A stretch of 24,000 bases of DNA from Prochlorococcus marinus str. MIT 9211. Lineage in GTDB: Bacteria > Cyanobacteriota > Cyanobacteriia > PCC-6307 > Cyanobiaceae. The DNA is taken from positions 343,982-367,981 of the forward strand of contig NC_009976.1 of assembly GCF_000018585.1 (NCBI RefSeq), read 5' to 3'. Numbering within the stretch: the stretch's first letter is position 1; each line of letters begins with the position of its first letter. A program made the position numbers and the translations under genes. This document shows positions 18,459 to 24,000 of this stretch, in pieces. The notes below the pieces were generated by a model. It saw only the letters and a list, made by a program, of their open reading frames with translations, was not told where the DNA came from and searched no databases.

Positions 18459-19072
18459 TGCGACTTTTGAGTGAAGTTGAGCGTAAGCCAGTCAAAATCA
18501 AGTGGCTTCTTAGAAAAACAAGTGATAAATGGTTGGAACTAGCATTAGCCAATCCAATTGAAATTCTTATAGATCACGCCCATTGTGAAAGGAAGGCTGC
18601 TGGAGCTGCACTTCAGCTGATGTTTCGTTACTTATGTGAGCCTGGATTGGCTGAGGTCTTAAGCCCTTTGGCTAGAGAAGAATTAGAGCATTTTGAGAAA
18701 GTCCTTGACATTATTGTTTCTAGAGGAAGGTATCTGGAACCTTTGGCAGCTCCACCTTATGGATCATTACTAATTAAGCAAGTTAGAAAGCAAGAGCCTA
18801 AAAGAATGCTAGACACTTTTCTTGTTTCAGGATTGATTGAGGCTAGAAGCCATGAAAGAATGTCTTTGCTTGCCTTGCATAGTACTGATACTGAATTAAG
18901 GGATATGTATGGGGAGTTGCTTGCTAGTGAGGCTAGGCATTTTAATCTATATTGGTCATTGTCAATTGAAAGGTTTAATAAAGCTATTGTCGTCTCACGT
19001 TTAACTGAATTAGCCGAAATAGAATCAAATATTCTTTCTAATTTACATCCTGAACCTAGAATGCATAGTTAA
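18458..19072 (+). CDS. miaE: tRNA-(ms2io6A)-hydroxylase-like diiron protein (MiaE family)
   Basis: 204 aa. Ferritin-like ligand strings DHAHCERKAA, EELEHF, EARSHE and EARHF. The start overlaps the aroQ stop (TAATG). Confidence 0.75.
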   Translation: MRLLSEVERKPVKIKWLLRKTSDKWLELALANPIEILIDHAHCERKAAGAALQLMFRYLCEPGLAEVLSPLAREELEHFEKVLDIIVSRGRYLEPLAAPPYGSLLIKQVRKQEPKRMLDTFLVSGLIEARSHERMSLLALHSTDTELRDMYGELLASEARHFNLYWSLSIERFNKAIVVSRLTELAEIESNILSNLHPEPRMHS

Positions 19073-19116
19073 CGATGCCTAATCTTATTAAGTCTATTAA
19101 GAGTTACTAATTACCC

Positions 19117-19938
19117 GTGAATTATAATCAAAAACTCTTTTCTCTTGCAAATTTAATAAACAATCTAAGAAACTATTTTTTCCTTAAACTTCGCTTCAAG
19201 AGCTTTGGAGATATTAAGCCATCATTAACTCTTGTTGGAGTGGGACCTGGCGACCCATCACTTATAACTATTGCTGCTATCAAAGCAATTAGAAAAGCAA
19301 CTGTGATTGCCTACCCAGTGTCACAATTAGGGGGTAAAAGTATGGCTGCTGAAATAGCTGGTGACTGGATAAAAGGGAAAAGAACTATGCCATTAGTCTT
19401 CCCAATGACTTTAGATGGTGACTCACTGGATCAACATTGGAAGATAGCCTCTGAAAAGTTAAGCAATGCTATACAAACTGGAGAAAATGTTGTTTTCATA
19501 AGTCAGGGAGACCCTTCTTTATATTCCACATGTTGTTATGTCTTAATTTATTTAAAGTCACATTACCCTGAATGTACTTTAAAGATTATCCCGGGAGTTA
19601 ACTCATTCTCAGCAGCCGCTGCCGCAGGTCAATGGCCATTGTCTTTGCAAAAAGAAGCACTTTTTGTTTCGCCTGTTCCCGAAGAGCCGAAAGATTTTGA
19701 AAATTTACTCGATGAGTCTCTAAGAAAAGGATTAGTTTTGGTGTTGTTAAAATTAGGTTTTCGGTGGGAATGGGTTAGACCAATTTTAGAGAAAAAAGGG
19801 TTGTTAGATAAGACTCTATTCGTTAAGAAAGTAGGCTTTTTTGACCAAGAAATTTCCAAGGCAGAAAATGTATCTAAAGACTCTAAGCCTTACTTTTCTC
19901 TCTTAATTGTCAGACCTCATTGGCCGTCCATAAAATAG
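19117..19938 (+). CDS. cobI: precorrin-2 C20-methyltransferase (CobI/CbiL-type tetrapyrrole methylase)
   Basis: 273 aa. LVGVGPGDPSLITIAAIKAI is the N-terminal motif of the corrin/porphyrin methylase family. The GTG start at 19117 may over-extend the N-terminus by about 35 aa. Confidence 0.7.
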   Translation: MNYNQKLFSLANLINNLRNYFFLKLRFKSFGDIKPSLTLVGVGPGDPSLITIAAIKAIRKATVIAYPVSQLGGKSMAAEIAGDWIKGKRTMPLVFPMTLDGDSLDQHWKIASEKLSNAIQTGENVVFISQGDPSLYSTCCYVLIYLKSHYPECTLKIIPGVNSFSAAAAAGQWPLSLQKEALFVSPVPEEPKDFENLLDESLRKGLVLVLLKLGFRWEWVRPILEKKGLLDKTLFVKKVGFFDQEISKAENVSKDSKPYFSLLIVRPHWPSIK

Positions 19939-19947
19939 AAAGCACTT

Positions 19948-20157
19948 TTATTTTTTGCATAAATCTTGGCCCGTTTCAGGATATGGGTAAAGATTGCTTA
20001 TTGATAGAATTTCTAGAGAGGCTTTTAGAGCAATAGGTAATTGAGCAATAGCAATTATTACTATTGCTATACCTGTCCATGACCCATTATCTCTGAGGGG
20101 TCTCTTATCGTTATGAAGTTTCTTTTTAAAAGGGCCATTTCTATTGTCGTTCATCAT
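19948..20157 (-). CDS. small single-TM hypothetical protein
   Basis: 69-aa ORF that fills the cobI-downstream gap without overlap. One hydrophobic helix (WTGIAIVIIAIAQLPIAL). No other support. Confidence 0.35.
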   Translation of the reverse strand: MMNDNRNGPFKKKLHNDKRPLRDNGSWTGIAIVIIAIAQLPIALKASLEILSISNLYPYPETGQDLCKK

Positions 20158-20211
20158 TGAAGCTACCGTTAATGTTTAGAAGATACTTAATTTGATGATT
20201 TTATACATCTC

Positions 20212-20673
20212 ATGAACACGGTTTGGCCTTTAAGTAGGAGTTTGTTAATGGAAATTCTAGTTGATCATATTAGCGATAGGTTTGTATGCATTCTAGTTTG
20301 GGAAAGACTGGGATATCAGGAAAAAAAAGATGTTCCAAATTTGTGGGTAGCTGGTTCAGACACTAGTATCTATTGGAGTGAGAAGTTTCCAGAAGCTCCA
20401 GAAGTCATTGCTCAGAGAGTTGGATCTGTTTATTTAACTCGTTCTATCCCAAAGGAGCACAAGCAGTCATTGAAAAAGATATTGGGCTTTGAAGGCTATC
20501 GTATTGATGAATTGTATCCAAGAAGGACAAGGAGAGCTACAGCGGTTAATTGGTTATTGTCATGGATCCTTTTACAAGGAATAGACCTTCCTGAACAAGG
20601 TCCATTGCCTGCTTTGCTATTGACTCCTGACAACCCTGCGAATGGCCATCCAGGTGATTTACCAATTACTTAA
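20212..20673 (+). CDS. conserved hypothetical protein
   Basis: 153-aa clean ORF with ATG start and host-like composition. No motif I can name with confidence. Confidence 0.55.
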   Translation: MNTVWPLSRSLLMEILVDHISDRFVCILVWERLGYQEKKDVPNLWVAGSDTSIYWSEKFPEAPEVIAQRVGSVYLTRSIPKEHKQSLKKILGFEGYRIDELYPRRTRRATAVNWLLSWILLQGIDLPEQGPLPALLLTPDNPANGHPGDLPIT

Positions 20674-20813
20674 ATACACCTATGTATTTTTTCTAATCAA
20701 TTAATTATTGGCAAAGAGAGAAAATTCCATTTCTTTATCTGCGCTCATGAATTAAAGATGGTGAATTCATCTATTTTTAGTAATGTCAAGAACAATAGCT
20801 ATCAGATACAAGG

Positions 20814-22184
20814 ATGGGACGTCCAATTGTTGCCATAATTGGACGTCCAAATGTTGGTAAGTCTACTCTTGTCAATCGACTCTGTGGCAGTCGAGAGGCG
20901 ATAGTCGATGATCAGCCTGGAGTGACTCGAGACAGAACATATCAAGATGCTTTTTGGGCAGATAGAGAATTTAAAGTAGTAGATACTGGGGGACTTGTAT
21001 TTGACGATGAAAGTGAATTTTTACCAGAAATACGCCAACAAGCAAAGCTTGCTCTTTCAGAGGCTTCAGTAGCTCTGATTGTTGTTGACGGTCAAGAAGG
21101 AGTTACCACTGCAGATAAAGAGATAGCTTCATGGCTGAGACATTGTGAATGTCCGACTTTAGTAGCAGTAAACAAGTGTGAATCCCCTGAGCAGGGCCTT
21201 GCTATGGCAGCAGACTTTTGGAGCCTTGGACTTGGAGAGCCTTATCCAGTTTCTGCAATACATGGTTCAGGTACTGGAGAGCTGCTTGACCAAGTGATAT
21301 TGCTATTGCCATCTAAGGAGTCCAGCGAGGAAGAGGATGAACCTATTCAATTGGCAATTATTGGCAGGCCAAATGTAGGCAAATCAAGTCTATTGAATTC
21401 AATATGTGGCGAGACCAGGGCAATTGTTAGCTCTATTAGAGGTACTACGAGGGATACAATCGATACTCTTTTAAAAAGAGAACAGCAAGCTTGGAAGTTA
21501 ATTGATACAGCTGGTATTCGTAGACGACGCAGTGTGAGTTATGGTCCAGAGTATTTTGGAATTAATAGAAGTTTGAAAGCAATTGAAAGAAGTGATGTTT
21601 GCTTATTAGTTATAGATGCTTTAGATGGGGTGACAGAGCAGGATCAGAGACTCGCTGGCAGAATAGAACAAGAGGGAAAAGCCTGTTTAGTTGTAGTTAA
21701 TAAATGGGATGCAGTTGAGAAAGATACTTACACAATGCCACTTATGGAAAAGGAGTTACGTTCAAAGCTTTATTTTCTTGATTGGGCTGACATGTTGTTT
21801 ACTTCCGCCCTAACTGGTCAAAGGGTTCAATTGATTTTCAACTTGGCATCTTTAGCTGTAGAACAACATCGCAGAAGAGTTAGTACATCTGTCGTTAATG
21901 AAGTCCTCTCAGAGGCTTTAACTTGGAGGAGCCCACCAACAACTCGTGGTGGCAGGCAAGGTCGCCTTTATTACGGGACACAAGTCTCAACTCAGCCTCC
22001 AAGCTTTAGCCTTTTTGTTAACGAACCTAAGCTTTTTGGTGATTCATATAGAAGATACATCGAAAGACAACTGAGAGAAGGCCTTGGCTTTGAAGGCACT
22101 CCATTGAAGTTGTTTTGGAGAGGGAAGCAACAGCGTGCTGCACAAAAAGATTTAGCTCGCCAAAAAGAAAATTTATCTAAATAG
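20814..22184 (+). CDS. der: ribosome-associated GTPase Der/EngA
   Basis: 456 aa with two tandem GTPase domains. Each has a GRPNVGKS P-loop, DTGG/DTAG and NKCE/NKWD motifs. Basic KH-like C-terminus. Confidence 0.93.
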   Translation: MGRPIVAIIGRPNVGKSTLVNRLCGSREAIVDDQPGVTRDRTYQDAFWADREFKVVDTGGLVFDDESEFLPEIRQQAKLALSEASVALIVVDGQEGVTTADKEIASWLRHCECPTLVAVNKCESPEQGLAMAADFWSLGLGEPYPVSAIHGSGTGELLDQVILLLPSKESSEEEDEPIQLAIIGRPNVGKSSLLNSICGETRAIVSSIRGTTRDTIDTLLKREQQAWKLIDTAGIRRRRSVSYGPEYFGINRSLKAIERSDVCLLVIDALDGVTEQDQRLAGRIEQEGKACLVVVNKWDAVEKDTYTMPLMEKELRSKLYFLDWADMLFTSALTGQRVQLIFNLASLAVEQHRRRVSTSVVNEVLSEALTWRSPPTTRGGRQGRLYYGTQVSTQPPSFSLFVNEPKLFGDSYRRYIERQLREGLGFEGTPLKLFWRGKQQRAAQKDLARQKENLSK

Positions 22185-22187
22185 CCA

Positions 22188-23105
22188 ATGGATTTTTTGA
22201 AAAAATTACCTATTGGACAGTTTGTAGTTGGAGAAGCTGGTTGGGTGCGAAAAATTGATCCCAGGCTCAAATTTGCATGGGTCATGATGTTTTTAGTGAC
22301 ACCAGTTCTTGCTGGACCTCTATGGAGAATATATTTAGTTCTTATGTTGTTGGGGATTACTGTTTTTAGTTCGATCCCTGCACGAATTTGGTGGCGATCT
22401 CTGCTTTTTTTATTTATCTTCTCAATTACATTCGGACTGTTCGCGACCTTCCTACCAACAAGTGAACCAGCGATATCATTACCAGTTAGACCTCATGAAG
22501 AGCTCCCAGGCGCAGTCGTTTCTCTCCCTTCTTGGCATCTGTTCAGTGTTGGACCAATTTATTTGGGCAAGTTGAAACTTGGTCCACTGTTAGTTGATAG
22601 ACGCTCGCTTGATTTAGGTATAAAAACTTCCACCTTGATTTTCACTGTTATTCATAGTGTCAATCTCATGCTTTTAACTACTGCTCCAGAAGATTTGATG
22701 TGGTCCTTAAGTTGGTTCTTGAAACCCTTCCAAATATTTGGGCTGCCAATTAATCGATTGAGCTTTCAGCTTCTTTTAGCACTTAGATTTTTACCTTTAG
22801 TTCAAGAAGAGTTGCAAAACCTTTTAAGAGCTTTAGCTACACGAGCAATTAATTTTAGGCATCTTGGGTTTAAAGCTTCTTTAGGCGTCTTTTTATCTTT
22901 AGGCGAGCGCTTTTTAGCAAATATATTGTTAAGGGCAGAACAAGGGGCTGATGCGCTTTTAGTGCGGACAGGCGGCTTGATCGTGATGCCTCGTCAATTC
23001 AGGCCAGAAAGGATTCTCAAAACACAATCTGTTCTCATTAACAGTAGTTCTGCATTATGTTTGATTTGTGCCTTACTCCTGAGATTTAGATACGGTGAGT
23101 TCTAG
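22188..23105 (+). CDS. cbiQ: CbiQ/EcfT-family energy-coupling-factor transporter transmembrane component
   Basis: 305 aa, polytopic. The amphipathic coupling-helix-like region is LRFLPLVQEELQNLLRALATRAINF. Starts 3 nt after the der stop. The family call rests on overall architecture. Confidence 0.55.
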   Translation: MDFLKKLPIGQFVVGEAGWVRKIDPRLKFAWVMMFLVTPVLAGPLWRIYLVLMLLGITVFSSIPARIWWRSLLFLFIFSITFGLFATFLPTSEPAISLPVRPHEELPGAVVSLPSWHLFSVGPIYLGKLKLGPLLVDRRSLDLGIKTSTLIFTVIHSVNLMLLTTAPEDLMWSLSWFLKPFQIFGLPINRLSFQLLLALRFLPLVQEELQNLLRALATRAINFRHLGFKASLGVFLSLGERFLANILLRAEQGADALLVRTGGLIVMPRQFRPERILKTQSVLINSSSALCLICALLLRFRYGEF

Positions 23106-23197
23106 TTAATGCAATTGTTTTTCTTATTCTATTATTAGGGTTCTGTATAAGTTAAGCTGCGAAGCACTATTCTAATTACCTATATACATTTCAGTAA

Positions 23198-23470
23198 TTG
23201 GGATCTAACGCAGAGAGATATCTAAATCATCCTACTTTTGGGATGCTTTATCTTGTTTCACCAGGACGCGAGGGTAGGGATGTATATGCAACTCTTTATG
23301 CTCAAAAAATGTTTTTCTTGGTCACTCTCCAAACCAGAGGTGCTCAATTTGAGGTAATTCCTTACATGGATGCTCGCCACCATGCCGAAATGCATTTAAA
23401 ACGATGTCAAAGAGATGGGTCTATAGAGTTAGAGAGATGGCAAGAACTATTTAAACAAACTTTTATTTAA
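23198..23470 (+). CDS. pipX: PII-interacting protein PipX
   Basis: 90 aa with a TTG start. YLNHPTFGMLYLV...ATLYAQKMFFLV...FKQTFI matches PipX closely (YLNHPTFGLLY...TLYAQRLFFLV...FKQTF). Confidence 0.88.
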   Translation: MGSNAERYLNHPTFGMLYLVSPGREGRDVYATLYAQKMFFLVTLQTRGAQFEVIPYMDARHHAEMHLKRCQRDGSIELERWQELFKQTFI

Positions 23471-23477
23471 ATTTTGC

Positions 23478-24000
23478 GTGTCTTCTCCTAGTCGCTTGAG
23501 TCAATTTGCAGGTTTAAGCCAACTAGGTATTCATTTGCTGGCAGTTAGCAAAGGACAGCCAGCCAGTGAAATCCGATCACTTTTCATCGAGGGGCAAATT
23601 GACTTTGGTGAAAGTAGATTGCAAGAAGCTTTGACAAAGTTCGATGTACTTAATGACTTACAAGAAATTCGTTGGCATTTTATTGGCCGTCTTCAAGCAA
23701 ATAAAGTAAGGGGCGTAGTTAAGTCATTTGATGTTATACATTCTGTTGATTCAATAAAGTTGGCGAAAAGAATTTCAAGAATTGCTGGTGAGGAAAATAA
23801 AATGCCTCTAATTATGTTTCAGGTTAAGTTTAGAAAAGATGATAAAAAAACAGGTTTCGAGGTTGACGAGTTGTTAGAAGCATGGACCAAATTAATAACT
23901 TTGCCTAATGTCAGAATTTGCGGATTAATGACAATTCCACCTGCTGGTCTTGATCGTCATGGAACAAAGAATCTGTTTAAAGAGTGTAGAAATCTCGCCG
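23478..24000 (+). CDS. pipY: YggS/PLPBP-family pyridoxal-phosphate homeostasis protein (PipY), 3' end outside the window
   Basis: Open frame from the GTG at 23478. HLLAVSKGQP contains the PLP-lysine motif, followed by WHFIGRLQANKV and HSVDS. This is the position directly after pipX seen in other cyanobacteria. Confidence 0.8.
   Translation, partial: MSSPSRLSQFAGLSQLGIHLLAVSKGQPASEIRSLFIEGQIDFGESRLQEALTKFDVLNDLQEIRWHFIGRLQANKVRGVVKSFDVIHSVDSIKLAKRISRIAGEENKMPLIMFQVKFRKDDKKTGFEVDELLEAWTKLITLPNVRICGLMTIPPAGLDRHGTKNLFKECRNLA

Noticed and set aside
20747-20778. Hairpin ATGAATT-N10-AATTCAT followed by CTATTTTT downstream of the 20212..20673 ORF as an intrinsic terminator
   Set aside because: The stem is only 7 bp and entirely A/T-rich apart from one G-C pair, with a 10-nt loop. 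It is too weak to call without RNA data.

Overview
The window looks like a marine picocyanobacterial (Prochlorococcus-like, AT-rich) chromosome segment. It opens with the distal part of an rRNA operon: tRNA-Ile 3' end, tRNA-Ala, 23S and 5S. Conserved genes follow: mutM, psaE, a LysM protein, an aldehyde dehydrogenase and a TVP38/DedA-like membrane protein. A small metal-themed cluster comes next, with two WMPC-motif proteins and hupE/ureJ. From about 11.2 to 17.8 kb lies an accessory region anchored on a tRNA-Tyr/tRNA-Thr pair. An intact tyrosine integrase with its cargo (14468-17601) sits between two near-identical direct repeats of about 294 bp. Each repeat contains a complete tRNA-Thr, the last 11 nt of tRNA-Tyr, the integrase leader and the first 61 nt of int. 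To the left is what looks like an older, integrase-truncated sibling element. Its cargo includes a psbF homologue lacking the heme-ligating His, embedded in a psbE-F-L-like three-gene operon. Both segments carry a paralogous very acidic protein, and the copy in the younger element is frameshifted. After the tRNAs the core genome resumes: aroQ, miaE, cobI, der, cbiQ-like, pipX and pipY (partial). All calls come from reading the sequence and ORF translations by eye; no searches were run.
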